From Ramazzottius varieornatus (taxonomy: Eukaryota; Animalia; Tardigrada), in contig BDGG01000005.1 of NCBI GenBank assembly GCA_001949185.1, positions 3,077,972 to 3,141,971 of the forward strand: 64,000 nt of DNA, written 5' to 3'. The translations under genes and the position numbers were made by a program. The notes below the pieces were generated by a model. That model saw only the letters and a list, made by a program, of their open reading frames with translations, did not search any database and had not been told where the DNA came from. Position 1 is the stretch's first letter. Each line of letters opens with the position of its first letter. Shown in pieces: positions 25,707 to 37,289 of this stretch.

Positions 25707-27280
25707 TCTGTTCAAAGCCTAAGAGACCAAAGTGTAAGAGCTAGAAAAGATCCGCTTGTATACCTCCGTCGGAGGATAACGCTGCAATGCTGAACTCACC
25801 AACATTCAGATTGCAATAAGGCCGGGTTTTTGCGAGTCGGCAGTGACCAAAATAGAAGGAAAAATGTGAGCACTGAATGAAGCAGGAAACTACGCCCAAG
25901 TTTGTACTATGGTCGAAGAGGATTTCTTCTGACCATAGTACAAAGCCGAAAGGCTTTGTACTATATCAAGAGGCATCTATGGTGAAAACGGAATCTCTGT
26001 AAGACGCGCGTCATGCGGCCCCTTTGTCTGTCTCATAGCAGGATCTTCAGATGTCACGCAATGTTGCTGTCAAAAGGGTAATGGCTCCGGAAGAGAAGCC
26101 AAAGATAAATCTGATCACTGAGTGCTTAGGATGGTCTGGACTTCAAGCCCATGGAAGAATGTCCAACGGAAACTAGAAAAAACGATACGTCAGGTAACGA
26201 GATCCTTGCAACTGCCATACTTCCGCAGCTCTCAGCGGGTCTATACAGCTCGAAGTAGTTATTCCAGCCCAAGTAATTATCTTCGGTGCTAAGACCGACG
26301 AGAACGTCTTACAACAACGTCTTACAACGTCTTACAACAATCTTGCAACAATGTGATCCAATGACAGAATGTAACTGAAGTCCTTAAACATTCGGTCGAA
26401 GTCTCCGGGATTTCATACCCTCCACGAGACTGCGTCGTGTGGAAAGCAAGAAAGTCTCCCACATGGGTTTTCATTTTGGTACTTTCCGCACAGCAATCAA
26501 ATGTCACCATTCAACTGAACATCAGAAACAAAAATTCCTCACTCATTTACGAATTACGGGACTTATTTAATGTTATATTGATGAGTAATTCAAAAAGGAT
26601 AATCATATTTTTATTTGAGATACTCACAGTGTCATCAGTCAGAAAAAAATTAGAGTACTCATCGTTGTAGTAGAAGCTTTTGAATACTGTACAACTACAA
26701 GATGACCAGTTGCTCTATACTCTTGTTTGAGATGGGTGGAACCAGGTGGGTGTAGAAGCCGATGGGCTAGTCTGAGGCTGGCGTTTGAAAATGGTGTTTG
26801 GAGATAGAGGCTCAAAGTCGCCTAATCGTACTGCGCAATCGTACTTAGCTGCCGTACATCTTGCGACCATTCACCTGGTTTTGAGCTGGCCGGCCATCTA
26901 CATTTTGCTTCATGGTGATGGTCGGACATAACAAGCCCTAATACTGTTTGCTCGTGGTCCACTCAGCTGACATTGTTTTCACAGCATGCTCGGCTTTCTG
27001 TGATAGTTTTGTTGAACGTTACGCCACTAAACCCTTGGCCGGCATTTTATAGCGCATTCTTTGCTGAGTGGCCATTTTCGGCCTTGCACCGTTGAACATT
27101 ATCGGCATCAACGCACCTCTCGATATTCTATTGCCATCAAATTATATTTTGCAGAACGTGATGCGAAAGCCTGCACAATTTTAGAAAAATTTATCCGCTC
27201 ACTGTTTTTGCCGGAATTTTCTTGTGATAATGCTGCCTCACTATCTTTGACCTTCATACCATCCAGCACAATAACAGCCC

Positions 27281-27878
27281 ATGAGCAAAATGATTGGGCC
27301 GTTGAGTATAACCTTGCTGGGTATTCTGTTTATTCTACGTGACAGCTGCAACGGTAAGTTTTTTTTGCACTTGTTTCATAGGAGCAGTACAGCAATGTGG
27401 TGAATGGTGGTAATGTTTTACAGCTCAACTCGGGTACTCCACCTATCAAAACGTAATGGGACAAGGGTAAGTTGTGAAGGGTTCGCGCAGTCAGAGACAA
27501 CCGCGTTCTTGTTTTCGTTTTGTTCTGTGCACAAGTACGTCAAAGAAAGTGCTTTTAAGTCAAACACCACTGCGTTCAGCACAATAAATTCCGTTTTCTT
27601 ACATTAGAGGGTTGTTTTTTTTCAGAGGCCCTACTAATGTGTACGGTGGTGCGTACTCCGGAGGAGGGTTCGGATTCAACCCGGAAGTAGGCGTTGTGGG
27701 TCCACCGGGTTACGCGGGCGGCTACGAGATACTGGGCATGGGGCAGTATCCTTTTGTTGATCCGAAAACTTACTGGATGTTAGCAGGTGTAAATTCTTCT
27801 CCAAAATCAGTAACCGCAAATTCTTTCCTATGGTCAATTTCTTTTGCGTTGTCGTCTGCGCTGTACATTGCTTTATAA
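27281..27878 (+). CDS. Small (122 aa) secreted Gly/Tyr-rich protein with a putative GPI-anchor signal
   Basis: Exons 27281-27353, 27424-27466 and 27626-27878 splice in frame. Signal peptide, then QLGYSTY..GGAYSGGGFG..PPGYAGGY, then NSS and a hydrophobic C-terminus. Confidence 0.7.
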
Positions 27879-28702
27879 GCTCGATACTTTTCCTAGCCAA
27901 AATCCACAAAAGATTAGTATTAAAAGTTCCTGAGGGTGGTTAGCTTTAGGCGACCGTACGTCTCATATCTTGGACGATACACGTCGACGAGCTGGGTGTG
28001 TCGATACGAGCCGAATAGATTCATGAAAAACCAACATGCAAAATCGCAATTTCTGCCGCTCTTCAGGGTGTCTTCTCTCGCATGGAGACTGTCGTCTTCT
28101 TGGATAATAAGGAATATCCTGTCAAGGCTGTCATTATACTGATGAGGCTGCCCGATACCTCCGATTATTCAGGATTGGCCCACATCTTATCATCACCGCA
28201 GAGGGCAAACCGGTCTCCCGCCTGCGCTGTGGCGTGATAACAGAATCGCAGTCAATTCGATCCAGCTTTCGATTCCGACACCGCAAATGTGGACAGCGCT
28301 GAGCACCCTACCCTTAAATATAGACGCAGTCGCAGAGGGAAAGCTCTGGTATTGCCATCATGCCTCACCTTTCGTGATAGTTCCGTGTGTTCAGAACAAC
28401 AAACTGAGAAAAAGCGTGCGAACCTAAGAACCACTAGTGGTTTCTGGCCTCAAAGCCAGTAAGAGGGTAGGAACATCAGCCGCAAAAGAATCTCATCGAT
28501 ACAGCGCTACCCCGTTCAGCAAACTGGTCATATGACAGTGAGGTTTTTGAGTTTATGTAAAAGACCACAAGGACCCCTGACGCGAACTTTCTGGGAGATC
28601 TGTCGCTGTCCTTTTTCCTTAAAGCTGAGTTTCCTCCTGGTATAGAAGAGCACGGAGGGACCGGCGCCCAGTCAACACCATTGCTGCAGATGTAAGTTTA
28701 TA

Positions 28703-28850
28703 TACTGTAGAAATTCACTGCGTCCGCGCAGTGCGTCCGTGTACGTGACGATGTACCCCCTTAGGGATTGAGCAATCAGTGAAGCCGGATCGTGGCTGTA
28801 CTTCACGCGTACGATGACATACTGGGCGGACGCAGCGAATTTTTCAGTAC
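28703..28850. repeat. Short palindromic MITE-like element
   Basis: tactgtagaaattcactgcgtccgc is mirrored by gcggacgcagcgaatttttcagta. Confidence 0.65.
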
Positions 28851-28896
28851 TCTATACGAGTTCTTTTGGATGGCATATTGTGCTCCAGTACAGTAG

Positions 28897-29481
28897 ACCT
28901 GTTTCGCAAGTCACGTTTCGGCTTTGAATAGAATAGAATCTCATGATTTTATACTGTGTCAGTTTCTGTGCAGAAACCGTTTCGCGGTTTGCTCACTTCC
29001 GGCACAGAATATTATCATAGCATAAAGGGATATTAGGCCGCGCGAGTTCAGCAGGGCATCGGAATTCTCGGGGCCCGTCATTTAGCCCTCTACTGGATAA
29101 AGCCCGGACTTCTTTCGTTTTTTCTGGCGACAGTTTCGGGAAGACGATTATCTCCCTAACTTCAATGCTAGTTTCGGTCGAAAACATGATGGATTTCGGG
29201 AAGGAACGAGAGCGGAAGTCAAGTGGCGCAATGTGGGAGAGGCGTGTAGCTCGGATCACTTGAAGCGCCAAGTCCAATTCGCTGATTGGTCTGATCACGC
29301 TCCACTCCACCAAAATTTCAAATTTCGACCAAAGTGGTCAATAGTACAGTCAACTCAGCTTGCACAGAATTTGAAATTCTGTGCAGCGATATTAGGCAAA
29401 ACATAAGCCGTGGATAACTGCACAGCATAAAACCTATACTTATGCTGTGCAAGCCGAAAACATGACTTGCGAAACAGGTCC
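28897..29481. mobile_element. Non-autonomous TIR element
   Basis: Termini gacctgtttcgcaagtcacgtttcggc and gccgaaaacatgacttgcgaaacaggtc. A second partial copy lies at 11427-11521. Superfamily not determined. Confidence 0.75.
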
Positions 29482-30646
29482 AATGTGTGCATGAGTATTG
29501 TACAGCTGGTACGAGTCACGACAAGTGGCGCAATAGTGTCGACGAGGAGCCATGTTACCAGTGAGATGTTTGCCTGAAACTGAATACTCGTGTGCGTTTG
29601 CGGGATCTTCCTTTGCTTTCCCGCTGGGATCTTACTGCTGATTAACTTTGGTTATGACGGGAACAAGGTAGGAACGGGTTAACTGGCCTGTTATCCAGAG
29701 AGGAAGGTATAATTCGCGATAGCGTTTTTTACCAGTTGTTGCGTTATTGGTACCGCACCATCCCGTCTTGGGTGATCCACACCGCACTCCAACAGGCACC
29801 CTGGGTATCCAAGAACCCACTGAACGAAAGTTTTCAGTAGAGACGCCTTAACAGAGTGGCTCAGTCGATCATCACCCATGTCCAACGAATATCATCGAAG
29901 ACGGCATCATCACAAGACAACAGCGTCGAACCACGGTTCTTCGCGAGCCTTCTCATGATCAAAATCTCAGCTCGATTGGAGCTCAACAAAGATAATGTCA
30001 AAGAATACTTGGGTTGATATCCTATAAGCTTTCATTGTAGTGCGCTGTCCAATGAATCTGTGGGCTTGTTGGTGGTTCGCGCTCAAGTCTGGTTTTGCTG
30101 GATGGGTTTAGGATTTAACCGTACCACTTACTGCGATGAAGAGGAACTTGTGTATTTTGAACTAGCTGTGCGATGAACCACATGTACTGCAACGAGACAA
30201 TCGATGGAATACAGTATAAAGAGTACACGTACAAAACTGTACAATCTGTTCAGACCGCGAGCAGGAAGGCGTGTAGGTGCGCGTGTAAGCACTAATCCCG
30301 CGGTTCTCTGGAGGGCACTCTGCTTGTGGTAGGGCACCTACGGTATATGGTGGGGTATTTGTATCACATTCAAGAATAGCAATGTACTCCCGATAAAAAC
30401 GCCATTAACATCCGCGCAAACTGTGAAAAAGTGCGAACAGGATGGAAGCATACTTTATGGTTGTTGATAGTGGGTGGTTTATCAGTTTCAGATCCATGCA
30501 CGTCCACTTGCGTACGAATACGGTAGAATTTCAGTCCGAACTGCCCAAGGTCGCTCCGGAAATCTGTACTGTTTAACGGTAGAGGTTTTCGGCCATGATG
30601 TTACAATCTGAAGAACTCTGACGAAAGCCCTACTCTATCCTCCACC

Positions 30647-31496
30647 ATGATGGACTTATTTCTGCACTCAAAAACAGGCTCGCTCAACGGAAACGTCTAC
30701 TTTCGTCTTGGCATATTCCACGCGTTATTGGGTGTCTTTTGTGCGGCTGTACAGGTGGCAGGTAAGTCAGTGACACTTTCAGGTCTTTGCGTACTTGCTA
30801 CAGTATTTCGATATTCCCACATCTTGATTATTGCATGAGCTTGATCTGAGTTAAAAATCATATCCCATTCCAATTTGAAACAGCTGCCCAAACGTTATTT
30901 TTATGGAGGGTATCTTTATGGGTGTCTTTTCTGCAGTTTACGTATGTGTCGCTCACTACAGCGGCGAACTCTACTTATCCAAAGGCAACCTATTCTTCCC
31001 AGTAGCCTCCCTCGGCCTCATCGCCGGTTTCTCTTACGCCTGGTCCGCCTACCTGGCTTTCAAGGTTTCGCAGAGCCTCCGAACCCTCCTTCGCCGAAGT
31101 CTACCCATAAGGCGCCTTCAAGAATTCCGTACCGCCTGTTTGGTCAACATAATCATCTCTTCAATGCTCCTTCTCGTTAGTATCTACTGCGTCCACGTCA
31201 CGTCCTTCTGGAACTTCCCTGAAGGGTCCATCAACAGCCTGCCACACTACCGTCTGAGCTCGCTGATGTCCGTCGGTCAAGCCGCCCTCGTCTTTCATAG
31301 TCTCCACTTGTTTCTTGCCATGATTGAACTGATTGTCAATGTTGTCGTTATTCTGATCATTCGCAACCCTCCACGAACAGAGGCGCCTCCCAGATACGAG
31401 CCACATACCTTCACCACAGTCTCTGCCAATGTACCAGTTATGAATTCATCCGCTAGTCCTGCCCGTACCGCGTCGTCAACTTTTTCTGACTTTTGA
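30647..31496 (+). CDS. Multi-pass (probably 4-TM) membrane protein with a PPxY tail motif
   Basis: Hydrophobic exon from 30647 with donor at 30762, then a 197-aa ORF (30903-31496) with further hydrophobic helices and PPRY. The splice linking the two is unresolved. Confidence 0.6.
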
Positions 31497-31599
31497 ATAA
31501 CAAATTTTGTGAATTCTTCAAGCAGCTTCTACCGATGTTACATGACCAACTGAAGCCCCTAATAAGCCCGAAAGTTGTATATAAAAATCGGGAGGAATT

Positions 31600-32721
31600 T
31601 CATTCACCATCGTCAAGAAAACCATCATCGAAACTAGTCAGGTTTCTACCGGTAAAATATCCAGGAAATTTTTCTGTCACAGCTTTCCATAGTCTTCTTT
31701 GGTTCGACAAGCCATATGAATGGGCCACGGCAACTTTTAAATTATCAGACCCAATGGCATTAAATCTAGCAACAACGTCTTCCAGAAACAATGGCTCGTT
31801 ATAGCGTTCCACCCCCATATACTCTGCCACAATCCCCGTCACAAACACATCTTCTAGCCAGAAGAAAGGCAATTTCTGTGTTCCATTGAACAGTAATTGC
31901 ACTGCACTCTTTGTCATGATACGCGAAGGTCCCGAACAGAACGGGGGATAGACTTTCCCGGGGAATACGGAATATGGTACGTACCATTTGCTCTGCTTGT
32001 TTCTATGCGGACCTTGCTTTTCCCACTTCCGACAATAGATACTGGGCTTTGACGACACGTTTGAATATTTTTGAAGAATTTCGAAAAGGAACCACGGCTT
32101 GATGATCAAGTCGTCGTCGGCTTTGATGACGAAGGTGGTATGACTGCAATAGGACGTTGTCCAATGCAAGCCGGAAATTTCTTTCAGAGTCAGATTCTCA
32201 TAAACGTCGCGGAAGTCTGCTTGGACAATATCGTGGAAAGTCTGGCTTTCGTTGAGAATTTTCTGTTGAACGGTGACGTTTTGCGGGTCGCCGAGAATGA
32301 AGACCGTGGAGTAGTTGAAACGAGCCTTGAAGTACGGATCAGCCCACGTGTGGCGCAGGAAAGCACGGCGGTGGAAGTGTGAAGGTTTAGTGTGGATATA
32401 AATAAGCAGAAATGGTGATGAGAAAGTGTTATGGCTGGTGGAGTTTAACCCGGTAGAGCAGATAGCGGGTTCGTTGATCAAATAAACAGGCTGGTAAGAT
32501 CCGTTCAAACTGCTGAGGGTGGTTGGTGCGATGCTTGGTAAGTTTGTGGGATTCAAAATAGCGGATATTGCTGCGGGAACACTGATGTGGGAACGCAAGA
32601 ACCGTTGAGATACGGAAAGATTCGGAATCGTTCCCGGCGAGAGTATGAAGACGGCGGTAAAGGCTGAAGCGGTAAACGTGATGACGATCGCGAGGAACGA
32701 CTTCAGCGCCTGAGATCGCAT
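31600..32721 (-). CDS. Beta-1,3-galactosyltransferase family (GT31) type II membrane protein, single coding exon
   Basis: N-terminal TM, RRAFLRHTW, DIVQADFRDVYENLTLK, KADDD, YPPFCSG and LEDVFVTG. Confidence 0.93.
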   Translation of the reverse strand: MRSQALKSFLAIVITFTASAFTAVFILSPGTIPNLSVSQRFLRSHISVPAAISAILNPTNLPSIAPTTLSSLNGSYQPVYLINEPAICSTGLNSTSHNTFSSPFLLIYIHTKPSHFHRRAFLRHTWADPYFKARFNYSTVFILGDPQNVTVQQKILNESQTFHDIVQADFRDVYENLTLKEISGLHWTTSYCSHTTFVIKADDDLIIKPWFLFEILQKYSNVSSKPSIYCRKWEKQGPHRNKQSKWYVPYSVFPGKVYPPFCSGPSRIMTKSAVQLLFNGTQKLPFFWLEDVFVTGIVAEYMGVERYNEPLFLEDVVARFNAIGSDNLKVAVAHSYGLSNQRRLWKAVTEKFPGYFTGRNLTSFDDGFLDDGE

Positions 32722-33606
32722 GATAGGCAAAAGACGCCGAGATGGATGTTCCGCATTGGCATGGTCGATACGGGATTCGAAGTTCCAGATGCTCTTCGAA
32801 GGAAATTTCGAACTGATCCACTTTCAGCAAACTCATCTATTGTGAACGTTGACGAGGAGGTGCGAACACGCCGTAAACTCCGCAGGTGGACTTTACGATA
32901 AGGCTATCGGTTTCCGCTTCAATTGGCTCATGAATACTAGCCTGATAAGTTATACGTTTAGTCGACGTAATTTTGCAAACCGGCCATATTTAGAAGGAAT
33001 TATGGTGTTTGTGCGCTATGGTTGACCCAAGTTGAAACGTTTTCGGCAGGAATTGAAGACCTCGTTTTGGACAACAGTGGAGTACTACGATATACTGTAC
33101 CCATATCACCACGCGTTTTAGAATACCGTATGTATTCGAGTTCTAATGGAGTTAGCTTGGTCCTGTTGATCCTAGTCGCCACATGAGTAGCATGTGTGGC
33201 AAATGAGTGGGTGCCACTAAAAATCAGAAACTTAACAGGCCATTCGCCACAAAAGAGTAACGGGCGGGGCGCGATGCCAATAGAAAATGGAAACTTTGCT
33301 CCCAGCTCCCTCCATGTCGCTGTGTCCATCTCCAGACCGGAGACAGCTGGCATTTCACCATTGTCAACTCTTATCGACGATTCTGACGTCACAATTTCGC
33401 CCTTGCGGCCTGCCAAGTTACCATTTTGTATCGGCATCCATTCATCATAATGACGAACCCGAAACTGGCCTGTCTGTACCTTACTTAAATTTGCTGAAAA
33501 TCTTTGGCCACAGATGGCAGGACTAGCGCTCTGGATACGTCACATCGTGGAAAGAGTTTGCTTCCGTAAGTTACTGGGTCGATGTGGGCAATAACACTCA
33601 CTAGGA

Positions 33607-34972
33607 GAGCCTCCGATCCATTATACTGACCATATAATATTTGGGATCAGTCCTGGTTTGCTACAGAGTATTTTGAGTGCATTCTAGGTTCACTAAAGGT
33701 TTACATATGTCTATCAGACATGAATATCGCAGAACGGGTTCATGTATGGTTCACGTACAGTATGTGATACAAGCTGTTTGCTTCGCCTTCGGCTCGCTCG
33801 CAGCTTGCTCCACATCGAGAAAAACACGCTAAATTATGCGCGGTTTCTTATAGGTCTCAGCTTTGAGCTATTGAAACTAAAACTTTCTGTTTCCATTGTT
33901 CAGTCAAAATGAAGATTTAGTTTGATTTGTTGCAAACTGGTCGTTTCAAACTGGCCCACGACAAAGAACGGAGGCTCCGAAAAACCTTCCGGAAAATTTT
34001 CGCTAATCGCCTGCTTCGCGTAACGAGTCTCAACGTCCCATGATCAGCGCAAGAAGTGAGTGAAGCTCGGCCTCTGCGCTAATTGGATTTCTTGCGCCAC
34101 TCGGATTTTGTATCCACCTGTCTATACCATCAATATTTTCATGAGGAAATGGCTATCGGCAAAACCCCGTTTGGCTGTAGGCACCCCTATCGAAGCCCTA
34201 TTTCACTTCTGATTTGCTACAGACATCCCTGTTAATACAATAATTAGGAAACCTTCAGTCTAGAACATAGCTATCGACAACCGATCAGGAAATTCGCCCG
34301 GAATGTGGCATGGCTTGCTCAGACTAAGGAAAGTTTTTCTGTAACATTGTTGGACATAATCTCAAGTACACTTAGTTTCAGTTTGATAAGAACAGGGAAA
34401 TGATTTTGAAAACAGGGGTCCATAGTAATACCGCATGAAAGGGGTGTTTGAAATTATCGAATTAAACCGGGGTGCCTACAGCGTAACGGGGTCTGATAGT
34501 GGTGCCTGTAGCATCACCCTTTTCATGATGGAGATGAAATAACCATGAACTGAGATACGGAAATTCGATGGCAGCCTTGGGATGTACCCCCGATGCATGT
34601 ATCCGAGTCTGGAGATTGCTTGGTGATAACCTTGGCCGGCCATTGCCCCCACAACACTAAAATCATGAAAAACTTTGTAAAAAGTTAACGGTGAGCAGAA
34701 TCAAAAACTCGGCTCCGTCACCCACTCCTCCATATTCCTCCGTACTATCTACAGTCAATTTTGGGTTATGATTGATATTATGGTTACTTTGAACTTGTCT
34801 GGACAAAGACCCAGAAGATAACAGTATATATAAATTAGAATTCATGTCCGACAAGACATATATGTCACAATTATATGAACGTTTACTGAACCCAAAATGC
34901 GCTCAAAACGCTCTGTAGCACACTAGGACTGACCTCAAATGTTATATGGTCAGTATAATGGATCGGAGGCTC
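33607..34972. mobile_element. Composite non-autonomous TIR element with about 120-bp imperfect TIRs
   Basis: gagcctccgatccattatactgaccatataa at 33607 is mirrored, ending at 34972. The interior contains the repeat also found at 22198-22920. Confidence 0.75.
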
Positions 34973-35715
34973 GTCCGAACAGGGACTGCGTAGTATAAGC
35001 TATGATCAATGCACACCGTATCGGCCTTTAATGATCACCCCACACTGAAGGGAACCGGCACTACTTTTTCCGCTTCTCATTATGCGTTCCAATCCTTTTA
35101 CCACCTCAAGTGTTCTCGGAGGTGCTACACTTTACGATGCATCTGCAACAGGAAGTGCCAGAAACCTAGTTGGTGACTCCGAAGCTAATGAAAACACATC
35201 TCACACACACTTCTTCAGTTTTACGATCTGCTAACTAGTGCGTGCAACGCTGACGTTATCAAGTCGGGTGGAGAACAACATTGACGTTAGCAGTAAGCCG
35301 TATAAATATTTGGGTAGACAGCAAACGAAGAAAAATAACATCCTCCCAGGCAGGTGTATGGTCCTCGCCTTATCGAAAGGGATTAAGCCAATAACAGATA
35401 CCCATCATCACGCAGTTTTTTCTGAGCTTCTAGACTATAAACTACAGATTTACATCTGGGGTCTCTCAGGATACGTAGCTGGTGAGAACAACCATCGCTG
35501 TTTTATAAGAGCTCATTATATGACGACCATAATATCCCATAAGGTCCAGACGGTATCGCAAGGGACTTAGCAAAGGCTTCCCTGATGTACATTTGCGTTA
35601 ATCTTCCTACCGGCCAGAACAATATTATGGTTGCCAGAAAGCATATTTCCACATCCTTGACTCATTAGAATGCTTTGTCGATACTGAGTTCTAAGCTCAG
35701 AACTGCGCTGCAAAC

Positions 35716-35999
35716 ATGACTTCCTGGTTGTCTTTCGTTGTGTGCCTTACGCTGGCCTATGTTTTCCTCCATGTTGCCATACCCGTGGAGGCTATGCCGA
35801 CGCTGATCGATTCAGTTGATTCGGAAGATGCATCGATACCAACACGTCCACTTGTCTTGAAAGTGCTGATCAGCAACTCTGAGTTTCATGATGCAGCCAA
35901 CAGATACGGGCCAACCTGGGAGAGGATCGTAAAGCTTGCCGAGAGCCTCGGGAAGGTCAGCGACCTGGAGCGGTACTTCGAACATCGCGGACGGCCCAG
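35716..35999 (+). CDS. NPF/NPY-like neuropeptide precursor unit 1 (first coding exon)
   Basis: Signal peptide, IPTRP and LERYFEHRGRPR, with a phase-2 donor inside the last Arg codon (AG|gtaact), the hallmark NPY/NPF intron position. Confidence 0.8.
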
Positions 36000-36881
36000 G
36001 TAACTTCTTCTTTTCTTTGTACACTTGGCAGACCATCGATATCAAGATGATTCCGAGCGATGCTCTGGAAACTCTGGATTTCGTACCACATGAATCGACT
36101 TTCCCTTCGAGTTCTCCTATGGCTTGTTGACAGTAGGACCAAAGTAAGCTGAGGCAAAGTATCAGATAAAAAGTCCCTATTTGACCGATGTTTGGTTCAC
36201 CGGCTTTAACGGAACGCTAATCTCCGGAAAACCATTCATATTGAGCGCGAATAGTTCCTAGGACATGGAACTAATCCAAATTAACGCAAGAAGATCCCGT
36301 GGTCCCAGTGGGCGTGGTACTTGTTGACACCGAACCTTTTCCGCATTATCTTTTGCACTACTGTGATTTCCGAAAATACCCACGTCACCCGCGAAAATTT
36401 AATCCCCGCGAAGATTGTTTTGTTCGATAATATCCGCGGTTCAATTTTCTTGCCACTGGAGAATACGAGTGGGCTACGGAAATCACAGCGCGGTGTTTAC
36501 TTTTTCCATCGATACATAGATAATGGATATTACTGCTTTTCTTTCAGTATTCGTGCCCACCATCCCCACAATATCGACCTGCGTCTTCCATTTCACTTAG
36601 TGGTATGGCGAAAGAGATCATTGTGAGATCGATCACCTTCTGGGAAGGTTGGCGATTTTCAGGAATGACGATCGCACTCACCCGTAGCCCCCATACAGTC
36701 AGGCAACGGTTTACAAGACCATAAAACTAATGATATTCCCTCTGGATGTAATTTTGCCACACTGTGTCACGGTGAAGGCTCCCTTTGCTAGACATGCAAA
36801 GTACCACACCCTCCAGCCAGCATTTCCAACCGGTCATGCAGCGCTGACTCGTATAAGTTTTGATACGTGTGATTTGGGTTC

Positions 36882-37289
36882 ATGGACCCGTTATTTCGGT
36901 TAAAAATGGCCGTCCACATCTTGCTAATTTTTGTGATGATATTTAGAACCGTACGAAGTGATCCTCGTTCGCCAACGCGGCCGTGGACCATGTTTAAGAA
37001 GGATTTAGAATCATCTTCTTCCGAAGGAGATGGTGGAAATCGTGGCGCGCAAAAGGGTCATGCCCAGTTGAACGTCACGCTAAACAAGTTGAGGCAGCTT
37101 GCCGCATACTACAGTCACCGCGGTCGCCCGCGGTAGGTCAACGTGCGTCAAAACTACTGATCATTTCTGGGTTTTGGAACGGACTCCAGATCTATTCTTT
37201 TACGACATGGGTCGTGGCCCAGCGATTAGAGTTTACATACTGGAACTGCTAATTTAAGCGTTGTCTTCTGTCGTTTCAGGTACGGATAA
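36882..37289 (+). CDS. NPF/NPY-like neuropeptide precursor unit 2 (...YYSHRGRPRY-amide)
   Basis: Signal peptide, PRSPTRP and LRQLAAYYSHRGRPR. Intron 37133-37279 (CG|gtaggt...tttcag|G TAC GGA TAA) gives RPRYG*. Confidence 0.88.

Noticed and set aside
26303-26345. Short tandem repeat of the aacgtcttacaac type
   Set aside because: Only 2-3 imperfect units with no spacers, so it is a simple slippage repeat and not a CRISPR array.
29630-30130. Short minus-strand ORFs with coding-like composition
   Set aside because: No recognisable motif or coherent exon chain.
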